A stretch of 64,000 bases of DNA from the human T2T-CHM13v2.0 reference genome, Homo sapiens, in the NCBI RefSeq assembly GCF_009914755.1, contig NC_060947.1. One strand, 5' to 3'. Under the pieces are notes generated by a model. That model searched no databases. It saw only the letters and a program-made list of their open reading frames with translations, and had not been told where the DNA came from. Positions 32,735 to 45,354 of this stretch are shown piece after piece; the stretch's first letter is position 1; each line of letters opens with the position of its first letter. A program made the translations under genes and the position numbers.

Positions 32735-35700
32735 TTTAAAAAATTTTTTTGTGGGTTGATGATAGTAGGTGTATATATTTATTGGGAACATGGAATGTTT
32801 TGATACAGGCATGCGATGTGAAATAAGCACATCATGGATAATGAGTTATCTATTCTCTCAAGCATTTACCATTTGAGTTACAATCCAATTACACTCTTTG
32901 AGTTATTTTAAAATGTACAATAAGTTATGATTGACTCTAGTCTCCCTGTTGTGCTATCAAATACTAGGTCTTATTCATTTATTCTATTTTTTGCATCCAT
33001 TAACCATCCCCACCTCCCCCAAAGTCCACCACTATCTTTTCCAGCCTCTGGTAATCATCCTTCTACTCTCCATCTCCATGAGTTCAATTGTTTTGATTTT
33101 AAGACCCTACAAATAAGTGAGAACAGGTGATGTTTGTCTTTCTGTGCCTGACTTATTTCATTTAGCATAATATTCTCCAGTTCCATCCATGTTGTTGCAA
33201 ATGACTGGATCTCATTCTTTTTATGGCTGAAAAGTACTGCATTGTGCATATGTACCACATTTTCTATATCCATTCATCTATTTTTGGATGCTTAGATTGT
33301 ATCCAAATCTTAGCTACTGTAAACAGTGCTGCAACAAACACAGGAGTGCAAATATCTCTTCAATATACTGATTTCATTTCTTTTGGGTATATAGCCAGCA
33401 GGGAGATTGCGGAATAATATGGTAGCTCAATCTGTAGTTTTGAGGAACCTCCAAACTGTTCTCCACAGTGGTTGTACTAATTTACACTCCCACTAATAGT
33501 CTAGGAGGCTTTCCTTTACTCCACATCCTGACCACCATTTTTTATTGCCTGTCTTTTGGATATAAGCCATTTTAACTGGGGTGAGACAATATCTCATTGT
33601 AGTTTTTGATTTGCATTTCTCTGATGATCAGTGATGTTTTTCACCTTTTCATATGCCTGTTTGCCCTTTTTATGTCTTCTTTTGAGAAGTGTCTTTTCGA
33701 ACCTTTGGCCCTTTTTAAATCAGATAATTAGATTTTTTTTTTTCTATAGACTTGTTTGAGCTCCTTATATATTCTACCCTTTTCAGATGGGTAGTTTGCA
33801 GATATTTTCTCCCATTCTGTGAGTTGTGTCTTCATTGATTGTTTCCTTTACTATGCAGAAGCTTTTTAACTTGATGTGATTTCATGTGTCTATTTTTCCT
33901 CTGGTTGCTTGCACTTGTGAGGTTTTGCTCAAGAAAGTTTTGCCCAAACCAAAGTCCTGGAGACTTTTCCCAATGTTTTCTTGTAGTAGTTTCATAGCTT
34001 CAGGTCTTAGATTTAGGTCTTCAATCCATTTTGATTTGATTTTTGTATCAAATCAAAGATCAGAGATAGGGGTCAAATCAGAAATAGGGTCTAGGTTCAT
34101 TCTTCTGCATATGAATGTCCAGTTTTCCTAGCACTATTTATTGAAGAAACCATCTTTACCCCAGTGTATACTGTTGGCATCTTTGTCAAAAATGAGTTCA
34201 CTGTAGGTGTGTGGATTTGTTTCTGGGTTCTCAGTTCTGTTCCATTACTATATATGTCAGTTTTTATGCCAGTACCATCTTGTTTTGGTTCCTATAGCTC
34301 TGTAGTATAGTTTGCAGTCAGGTAATGTGATTCCTCCAGTTTTTTTTTCTTTTTGCTTAGGAAAACTTTGGCTATTCTGGATCTTTTGTCATTCTACATA
34401 CGTTTTAGGATGTTTTTCTATTTCTGTGAAGAATGTCATTGGTATTTTGATAGGGATTTCAGTGAACCTGTAGATTGCTTTGTGTACTATGGACATTTTA
34501 ACAATATTGATTCTTCCAATCCATGAAAATGAAATATTTTTTTCTATTTTTTGATGTCCTTCTCAATTTTTTTAATCAGTGTTTTGCAGTTTACATTATG
34601 GAGATCATTTACTTCTTCAGTTAATTTCTAGCTATTTAAATTTATGTGTGGGTATTGTAAATGAGATTACTTTTTTATTTTTTTCACATTGTTCACTGTT
34701 GGCATATAAAAATGCTACTGAGTTTTGAATGTTGAGGCTGTATCCTGCCAACTTACTGAATTTTTTAAATCAGTTCAAATAGTTTTCTTTTGTAGTCTTT
34801 AGGTTTTTCCAAATATAATATCACATCATTTGCAAACAAGAATACTTTAACTTCTTCCTTTTCAATTTTGATGCCCTTTATATCTTTCTCTTGTATGATT
34901 GCTCTAGCCAGGACTTCCAGTACTATGTTGAATAACAGTGATGACAGTGAACATCCTTGTTTTGTTCCAGAGCTTCGAGAAAAGGCTTTCGGTTTTTCCC
35001 CAGTTAGTATGACACTTGCTGTAGGTCTGCTTATATGGCTTTCATTACGAGGCATGTTACTTCTAAAACAAGTTTTTCAGGGTTTTTATCAGGAAAGAAT
35101 GTCGAATTTTATTAAATGCTTTTTCAGGATCTGTGGAAATGATCATATGGTTTTATTTTTCATTCTGTTGATACCATGTATCACATTAATTGATTTGCAT
35201 ATGTTGAATTGTCCTTGTACCCCAGGGATAGAGCCCACTTGGTCATGATGAATAATCTTTCTAATGTATTGCTTAATTTGATTTGCTAGCATTTTGTTTA
35301 GGATTTTTGCATCACGATTCACCAGAGATGTTGGCCTATATTTCTCTTTTTTTGTGTGTGTGTCTTTATCTGGTTTTAGTATCAGGGTGATACTAGTCTC
35401 ATAGAATGAGTTTGGAAGTATTCCTTCTTCTCCTGTTTTTTTGGAAAAGTTTGAATGGTATCGGTATTAGTTCTTCTATAAATGTTTGGTAGAATTCAGC
35501 AGTGAAGCCATCAGGTCCCTGCATTTTCTTTACTAGAAGACTTTTTATTATGACTTCAGTCTCATTACTTATTATTGGTCTGTTCAGGTTTTGGATTTCT
35601 TCCTGGTTCGATCTTGGTAGGTTGCATGTGTCTAGGGAATTTGTCTATTTCTTCTAGATTTTCTAATTTATTGACATATAATTGCTCATAACAGCCACTA

Positions 35701-35912
35701 ATGATCCTTTGAGTTTCTGTGGTATCATTTGTTATGTCTCCTTTTTGATTTCTGATTTTATTTATTTGGATCTTCTCTCTTTTTTTAAATTAGTCTGGAT
35801 AAAGCTTTGCCAATTTTGTTTAACTTCAAAAAACCAACTTTTTGTTTCATGGATTTTTTGTACTGTTTTCTTCATTTCAATTTCACTTATTTCTGCTCTA
35901 ACCTTTATTATA
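32735..35912 (-). mobile_element. 5'-truncated L1MA1/2-like LINE
   Basis: 3'UTR GTTTTGATACAGGCATGCGATGTGAAATAAGCACATC. Degenerate ORF2 ([21 protein letters not shown] at 34765-35055). Confidence 0.9.
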
Positions 35913-38900
35913 TTTAAGGGTGTAGGGCAAAAGGATCAGCTTTACTTACTCTGAGTTATAGTGAAGACCTATGAAGCACAGATTATTAAGTGAAATGATG
36001 AACTAGGGTTAGGTGAGATTTGAGGTACAGTATTACTCAGATGGGCTAGGAGGACAGCTCCCCGGGCAACATCAAATAACTATGTTTAGTAGTGATAAGT
36101 AGTAGAAGAACAAGTGTGCCTCGTAGTAGAAAAATAAGTTGGAAATTATGAGACCTGCAATGAGCAGGTAGTAGACTCCTTTAGGATGAAAAATTAACTT
36201 GAAAGAAGGAAATGTTTGCATTACTGAAACCGCATGCTTAGAAGACTCATATATTGGAACAATTATGTAAAGATTCTTCAGTTTTTAAATGATAAATATT
36301 GTAGCCACAAAATTGAATGGTGAGCATGGAGCTGCTCTTTCCTCTTCCCTATATGGACTTTGTGTACACATAAAGTTAGCTAGGCAAAAGAATGTTTATC
36401 ATAGTATTAAAGTTGTCACTGCTGCAATTTCCTTCTGTTGATGGGGTAACATTATGTGTGTGTGCTACATACGTGCACACCTATCAAATCTTTTCCCCAC
36501 TCCATGTGTGTCCTCTCTCTTCTTTGGTAGCTATAGCTGTTTCCTTCACCTCTGATTTGCTTCCTTTCTCTACTTAAGAACATACTATTTCTGAGACTTG
36601 ATTTGGCTGTGTCATCTATGATGTTACTCTAAAAACATCTTTTTAATCATCAAAAAATTTCTTTAAAGCTACAATTACCAAAGAAAGTTATTGTAGAAGA
36701 TTCATTAGGTAACTTTCTAATGTAATATATTCTTAACCCTAAACAATTTTGCTAAACTTATACAGCGATATACTTTTTCCCATTTCTAGGTGCTTATGTG
36801 CAGAGTAAAAATAAATTGTACCTTTATTTCCTGGTCTGCCTCCAGCTTTTCTTTGCAGAGAGAGGATAATTTCCCATCATCATAGTTTCAATATTTCAAT
36901 TTATCATGCTTACTAGAATTGTACTCTAAGTCCTACACTCATTCCTCAGTCTAACCCCAAAGAGGCAAGTTATAGAATCTCCCAAGATAGTCTGCATTTT
37001 GAGTATTTCCATTTGCCTTTATTCACCAAGTGGAATTTAAAAATGAACAATAACCAGAAATATGTTAATAAGGAACTAGTAAAAACATTTCATAAGGACA
37101 CATTAAATCCAATTAAAACCCTCTAGAAAAGCTGGTGTATTTGCTTTTTTAATATATTTCATTTAGAAAGTGCCTATCAGGCAAAATGCAGAAACACCAT
37201 TAAAGTATTTAGAATACATCCTTTTTTGTCAGTTTTCTTTTTGTTATTTCTCTTGCCTAATGACTCCACTTATATCATTCAAAAGGAGTCAGTCCGGATG
37301 ATAGGAGCTCTTTGTTACATGTAATAGCTTACAAGAGCAATTTACTCCTACCTGAGCCAGACTGCCCTTTATCTATAAAGACAGGCTGTGCTGTAGATTG
37401 AAGTCTAGGATTGGTGGTACGTTGGACATGGATCATACCTCTTAATTGGGTCACAAAGCATTGTTGTATGTTTGAGAGATGGGGTTTTTAGATTTTTTCC
37501 AGAAGTAATGCTGGAAATTGTGGAAAATTTTTTATAAATTAAGAATTTGAGGATCTGATGAATAGAAAATTGTTGAGGATTAGTTCCCCCACTCGAGGGA
37601 AAGATTTTTACCACTTTTTCTTATCAGTGATTTATTTCTATGAAATAAATTTGTTCTGAGCGTGTAGTGAATTGTCTGTGGAAAAAAGAAGTCCATTCTG
37701 GGACTATAAATGTTAGAAATGAAAGTTGTTCCGCAATCTCGGAAGTATTTCCGCTGGTTTAGAGACTATGGCTCCTTATTACTTGGAAATGCTCTAAACT
37801 TTAGGTATTCTTTGCTGAAACTAGAGCTGATTCTACATCCCTAAGAACAATTTGTTTAGAAAAAGAATTCTTTTAACCAAAGTTTTCATGAAATAATGGT
37901 AAATTAAATATAAATGAAAAGCCTTAAATATATAATCTGTAAAAAGCAGCTACCATTATTTGTCAACTTTGTTCAAAAAATGGAAATAAAACAACTAAAG
38001 TCAAAGAAATATGAATCAAATGACCTAGCTGACAGTAAAAGGAAATGTTTATGTTTACATTTTGACTTTAGTCTCTTAGCTCTACTCTCAGAAAGGTTGA
38101 TGGCTGAAGGATTATTTTAGAAAGCAAAAGATTGAGGTAGTGTAAGTAGTTCTTTAATTTCAGAAATTGACCTTGAACACTTTTTTGGTTGAGTAATGAA
38201 AAAGCGTGGATTGTTATTCAAATTTCAGCTCACTTAAATGGAAGTGTGTGGAATACTTAAAAGTTAGACTACCTGTCCTATTTAAAAATTCTAATGGAAT
38301 TTATACTAACTAAAGTAGATTGCTGAATTTAGAGGATGCACAAAATTAGGAAAATAGGTTAAATAGATCAGTTAAATCTTATATTACAAAATTTACAAAT
38401 TAATAAGGTAGTAACTTAAATATAATGTGAACATGCTGTATGATATACCAAATAATGATAAAAAAGTTAAGATTAAATAGTAGCCTTTGAAATTAATATT
38501 GTACATATTCATTCAAAAATGTCAGTAAAAATTCAATTAAAGGGATGAGCATAAATACAGATTATTAAATTTATAATAATTTATACTGACATATATTCCC
38601 ATAAGTTACTGAATACAGGTGTTAAAGTGCTGCTTTGGTTTTTATTTTTACAAAAGCCACCATGCTAATGCCTCTTTGATTGTCATCTGCTTCAGACGGA
38701 TGACTAATTACTATTATGATGTTTTGGGTTTAAGGGCTGATCTAATTCTACAAATAGAATTCCTGCAGACAACTGAAAATGTCTATTATTAGAACTGAAA
38801 AACATTCAAATGAGTGGCCTTAGAGGTGAAAGGCTATCTTACCATTTTCCTCTTTAGTTACTTAGAAATTTTTTTAAATATCTTAGCATATTAGTTGATA

Positions 38901-39726
38901 TGAAATTTTAACGCCAGACAAGACTATACCATATGTTATTTAAATTCCCATTCCTAAGTTTCGATTCACTAGGTTTTTTGAAAAAAAAAAAAATTTCAAA
39001 CTCTTTAATGGCCTGGATTTGTCTGAAACTTTACTTAGTATTATGGGAGCTCATCCTTAAGCTTGTTATTTTTCATAGGGTATTTTATAATTTGAAGATA
39101 ATACTAAGCAGTAAAGTTCAGTAACAAAGGACTTAACTGCAATAAAATTGTATATACACGATTTAATTCTCTCTTTTTAGGCAAATGAAGGGTAAATTGG
39201 AGACTTAAAAGCCCAGCATGTAGCTATAGGCTCCATTAATTCACGACCAGATCTACCCTGCTCTTCATTGTATCAGCATCTAAAATGGTGCATGGCCTGG
39301 CATATACTGTACAGGTTGTTGAGTGTATAAAGGGCAGCTTAGGTATTCTCTGAATTTGTCCTTTATAAAATTATAGAGCCTGTGGGCTTCGGAAAATGCA
39401 GAGGAGACATTTATATTCTTTTCTGAGAAAAAAAAAAATTGGAATCTTAACAAAGTTATATAGAGTGAAGAATCCCTTTCTGTGAATTCACTTTCACTGG
39501 GTCCTATTATTTTTTTCTTCTCCCAGTTGCATTTTACCCCATACTTTTTATAAATTGTGTTTATCAAGATTGAAATGAACATATCTGATTTTGATATGGG
39601 AAAAGAAAAGCACTTGGGGCATTGAAATAAACACTGATTCCAAATGTAACCCGCAGGTGTTTGGGAGGATGAAGAAGTTGTCACCGTTAATACTATAATT
39701 CAAATAAAACATATTGTTGTTAATAA

Positions 39727-40083
<357 letters not shown>

Positions 40084-40424
40084 TAAATGATTCCATTTCT
40101 TTTCTGAAACATAGAACTTTTAGAATTTTATAGAGATAAATCATACAAAGTGAAATAACTTCTGGAGTGGAAAATGTGAATTTTCTGTTTCAGCACTGGA
40201 ACAAAATGTGGAATATTTTCACACAGACTTTTATGGAATCCATCTGATTTCAGTGAAGTCCAGTGACAAATTCTGTGCAATTGATATAATATTGTGGCAT
40301 GGTTTGAACAAGTTTAGGCAAACTTATCTGGCATTCTTAAACTTCTTTTTATAGTTTCTATTATTTTGTACTTTGTAATATACTTTATAGCTTGTATTAC
40401 AGTCTTGTATTGTGAAGCTTTAAA

Positions 40425-40738
40425 CCTGAGGTATTTAACATGATAGGCACTAGGTGCATGTAGCTATTGAGATTTTGAAATATGGCTAGACAAAATTGAG
40501 ATGTGCTGTGAGTGTAAAATACACACTAAGTTTCAAAGATAGTATGGAAAATGTTAAATAACTCATTAATAATTTTTAATGTTGATTATATGTTGAAATT
40601 ATAATATTTTGGATGTATGGGGTTAAACTATTAAAATTAACTTAGCTGATTAATTATACTTTTAAGAATGTTAGCTACTAGAAAATTTAAAATTAGATGT
40701 GTTACCGACATGGTATGTCTTTCTACGTGACAATGCGT
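40425..40738 (-). mobile_element. MER33 hAT-Charlie DNA transposon
   Basis: AATTGAGATGTGCTGTGAGTGTAAAATACACAC..GCTACTAGAAAATTTAAAATT. Confidence 0.85.
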
Positions 40739-43139
40739 TTCCAAATTGTTTTAACTGAATTATATCTAAATCTGGCAATTCTCCTGTGGGTACAACGTAG
40801 GCACTGGCTTTATAGAAGAAACTGACCATGAAGGTCTTAGCCATAAGGCCATTTCCTACAGCCAGTTGAAAATGCCTATTATCGTACTGGTCATTTTTGG
40901 TTGAGTGATTATCTTTTCTTAATTCACCTTCTCTAACAATGAAGCATGGAAGGATAATTAAGGATCCCAAAAAGCATTCTTCTCTCCTTGCTACACAAAA
41001 GATGCAGTGTGCTCACGTAACTCAAACCTATCCCCCTGTTTTAAACAATAGTAATAAGAGGCATGCAGAGTCATTTTGTAAGATGCTGAAGTATTATAAA
41101 ATTGGTGAGACGATGACATGTTTTTTGTTACCTAAAAACCTTAGCTTGTAGTCCTATTCAAAGTTGTAACCACTGTGCATGTCCCCTTCTAAGCATTAAT
41201 TCTGTTGTGAGTGACTAAATGCTATAGTTTGCTGACTTGAAGTTTTGTATTTTATTTATTGATTTTATTAAGTAAATTTCATCTCTTTAGGCTTGAGAGT
41301 GAATAATCTAGGCATGGTAATCATGTGTAGTGATTTTTTTATGGGTTTATAGTTTCTCCAAAGAGAGACCAGGAGCTGCAAAAAGCAAATTTGCATCTCT
41401 CTCTTGATGGTTTATATGACTTAAAAGTGCATAGCCAGCCTTACATAAATTTTGTGAGCCTGGGAAAATTGGGATTATTATTATTTAGTCGAATTGGTTT
41501 TATTGAATTATTTAAGGTTGAAGTAATAGGTGGTGTAATGCTTGAGATAATTTTTTAAAGAGGGAAAAAAGCAAAATGAAACAAATGGTATCTTACTTAG
41601 AAGGCTGTGTCCAAATGGACTTAATTACCACAAAATTTGTCATAATATGTAGTCAGCAGTTATAGAGAAGAATAATGTGAGCTTTTGAGGACTTATATCT
41701 GATGGAGAGCATGAAAGATCAGACATAGGATGTGAATGTGTTGATTGGCATAAGAAGTGTAGTGCTAGAAATAGAATTCTTTAAATGCATGTGTCCGAAT
41801 GGCATACATAGAATGACTCAGCTCTTCCATATCATATGTTACATCACCACAGCATTGTAACAATAATAATAAAGCAATATAATAACAGTGTAATTAGAAT
41901 AATAACAGTGGCCATTTGTACAGTCTCTTAAAATTTAAGGTTCTGAATAATTAGATTACTTGCTTAATACTAGTTGTCTAATTTGTACCACAAGTAGACA
42001 GTGGCTATTTTGAATTTTTACTAGTCATCCATTTGATGTTATATTCTTCTTTAAACAAATCATAAGGTTGAATTTGTAAAGGTAGCACTAATTATTATAT
42101 TTATGGTATATATTCTAGGATAATATTGGGGCAAGATAATTAGAATTAATGAAGAGCTTTCCATATTGTTAGAGTTTTTACAGTCTCAGTAAAAAAATGT
42201 ATTTGTTGTTTCTGGATTGACAACTTTATAATAAAGAGGAAGTTTAAGGTCCAGAGAAAACTCATTTTAATAAAAAAGAAATCTATTTGCTGGTTTTATT
42301 TGGATTGACAAGCATGCTCAGCATGCTGGCTGCCACTGAAACACGCTTCAACAGATAAATCTACAAAGTCCCCAAAGTCAGCTTAAATGTTGAATAACTT
42401 AGAATATCAGAATCTTGGAATGGTTTGAGCAACAGAAAAGAAGCTGATTTTTGTTTGTTTTCTCTTTGATTTGTTTGTAGGTACAAAACAGAATCCAGTG
42501 ATTATTTGCATTTTCCCATGATATTGTTAATTGCTACTGTTTTAAACAAATTGTAGAGTAGAATTTCAAACAAATATCACCAAATGAGCTCAGGGTTCTG
42601 TTTTCCCTGGTACTGAGTGACAGTAATCCTGACAAAAGAGAGTTACTGCCATTAGTAAATGCTGTTATGTAGTTCCCTCCATAGTCTGTAATGCACGTTG
42701 ATAACAATAGGAAGGACCAGAAATGCGAAGAAATATCTTGAAGGTTGGAAGAACACTGAGGTGTTTCAAATGTCCTAGGCAGATATATTGATTAACAGAA
42801 ATTTTGGTTGTTGGGCCAGACTTACATGTGACACTATGCATTGGAGACTCAAATGATGCATCTCCTTTATAGACAGGAATTTGGTATAAGGCAGGTTTGG
42901 CTTGACTCCAGCCTGTGGATTTATTACTGTATCTATCTAAAGAACTTCATCTATGAAATTCCATGTTTGTGGAGTTTTAGGTTTAGATTTACAGAATTTT
43001 ACACTTGCATAGGCAGATGAGTTGTATATTAGTTAAAAGCTGTGCTTGTGGATGTGAATCACATTGTGAAAATGAATCTATTAAGACTACAGGACACAAT
43101 TCGGCCACTGGAGAATTGGAGACAATCAGTAAAATCATA

Positions 43140-43390
43140 TGTAGAAGAAGCATTGCGTGGTCGTTAAATACATGGACTATGGACCCAGACTCTTCAGTTT
43201 ATAACCCTAGATTCATCACTTGCTAGCTATGTGGTCTTGGACAATTTGATTAAACTGTGTTTCAGTTTCCTAATCTGTAAAATGGGGATGGTGATAACAA
43301 TAGTATCTACCTCTAGTGTTATTTTAATAATTAAAGAGTTTAGTTTTTAAAAGTTTTTGGAACAATCTCTGACATGTAGAATGAGCATGT
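43140..43390 (+). mobile_element. MIR SINE
   Basis: CACTTGCTAGCTATGTGGTCTTGGACAA..CAGTTTCCTAATCTGTAAAATGGGGAT. Confidence 0.85.
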
Positions 43391-44397
43391 GTAAAATGCT
43401 ACAAAGATGATACAAAAAGTGTCTGTTAAGTATAAAAATAAAATTGGGAGAAGAAATAACGTCAACCCTCATCAATGAAATTATAGGCTATTATTTCCTG
43501 TAGTAAGATCTAGACAAATCTTGCCTGATTAGTTCCACATGGTTAAATATGTAAAGCTAACACATATTATTGTGGTTTCTTTGATAAATTTAATGGGTGC
43601 TTCAGATTTATCCAGGGTAAGTCTTAGGATATGTCCAAACAAAATAATGTCCAGTTGTAAAAAAAAGAAAGGTAATCCTCAATAATTTAGGGGATGTTTG
43701 TAACATTTCTTTTCTTCCTTCTTTTTTTCATTCTTCTGTATACAAGGCAGTATGCTAGGTAGCTAGAACTTTAATTAGAGCATAGTTAGGAAAAGAAAAG
43801 GAAATGGAGCTTTGTTTTTTAAATTATTGGTGGCTTTTACAGATAGTTTGACAGGAGGAACCATCCAGGCTGTAATTGTGGTAAGGAATACCTGGTTGAA
43901 TTTCACTTTTTATGTCTTTATTTTGGAATTCTGTAGCTAGGTAGTTACACTGTTATGTAAAATTAGGCTAGGAAATTAAGCTTCTACTTAATTTCTTCAT
44001 GTTGGCAGATTATCAGGTGTGTATTGTAGTAAGAAAGAAGGCCCAAGCATTGAAGAAAAATTAGCAGGAGTTTATTATATTTAACAGAGAAGGCCCAAGC
44101 AATGCCAAACATTATCATGCATGTCCCTGGGCCAAATCTTTGTGAGAACTGTTGTGTGAATGGTATGCAGTGTTCACAGAAGGTAATCTACAGCATCAAG
44201 TAATATGACAGACATGAAGGCATTAATTATTTGTGACTGTACTAGGCAGTTTGCTATTCCTTAATGTCTTTGATGTTTTGATCAATAACTGTATGAGAGA
44301 AAAAAACATACTTTTTAACAAGGAGGATTTCATTCATTAGATGTTAACGCTTTAAAAAATATATGAAAGACACAGCGATTTTTATTTTATGCCGACT

Positions 44398-44582
44398 TTT
44401 ATTTTTTTATTTTTATTTTTTGTTGGTACATAATTATATCTGTTTATGGAGTACATGAGATATTTTGATATGGGCATGTAGTGCATAATAATCACATAAT
44501 GGAGAATGGGATATCCATCCCCTCAATCCTTTGTGTTGCAAACAATCTAATTATACTTATCGCTACATTTTAAAGTGTACCT
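44398..44582 (-). mobile_element. Short L1MA2-like 3' fragment
   Basis: T-tail followed by GTACATGAGATATTTTGATA..ATGGAGAATGGGATATCCATCCCCTCAA. Confidence 0.8.
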
Positions 44583-44919
44583 TTTTAAAATGTAAGCTAA
44601 TTTCTTCACTTATGACATGTTGATTGATTGCTATATATTTTCTCAATCTATCTCAGAATAAAATATTTCACTTCTCTTGATGGCTCATTTCTCTTATCAT
44701 GGTATATTCACTTATTTTTTAATACAAGTAAAAGTATAGAAACATTTCATTATTTAAACTCATTTTGCAATTTGACAAGATTAAGGTACAGTTGTAAAAC
44801 TCCTCAACTACCTTCATTATGTATTACCAGGTCCCATTTTGTCCCTTTTTGTGTACATCCATAGAAGATTCTTTTTTCCACCACTGTTTTTGTTTTTCTT
44901 GAATTCTCTTCAAACAGAC

Positions 44920-45354
44920 TGTATTAGTCCATTCTTGCATTGCTATAAAGAAATACCAGAGACTGGGTAATTTTTAGAGAAAATAAGTTTCATTGGCTCA
45001 CGGTTGTGCAGGCTGTACAGGAATCATGGTGCTGACATCTGCTCAGCTTTTGGGAAGGCCTCAGGAAGCTTATAATCATGGCGGAAGGTAAAGAGAGAGC
45101 AGGCACATCGCATAGCAAAAGCAGGAGAACGTGAGAGAGATTGGGGTTGGGAGGGGGAAGTGCCACATGCTTTTAGATGACCTGATCTTGTAAGAACTCA
45201 CTCATCATGAGGGATGTTCTTACAAGCCATGAGGGATCTCACCAAGCCATGAGGGATCTACTCCCATGACCCTAACACTGCCCACTAGGCCCCATCTCCA
45301 GCATTGGGGATTACAATTCAACATGAGATTTGGGCAGATATTCAAACAACGTCA
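44920..45354 (-). mobile_element. MSTB-like solo LTR
   Basis: TGTATTAGTCCATTCTTGCATTGCTATAAAGAAATACC..CAACATGAGATTTGG. TSD CAGAC/CAGAA. Confidence 0.9.

Noticed and set aside
38716-38740. ATGATG..CTGA resembling snoRNA C/D boxes
   Set aside because: Spacing is far too short, box C is imperfect, and there is no terminal stem.
42310-42329. p53-like element AAGCATGCTCAGCATGCTGG
   Set aside because: One perfect half-site, but the CATG cores are 9 bp apart rather than 10, so it is not a canonical full site.
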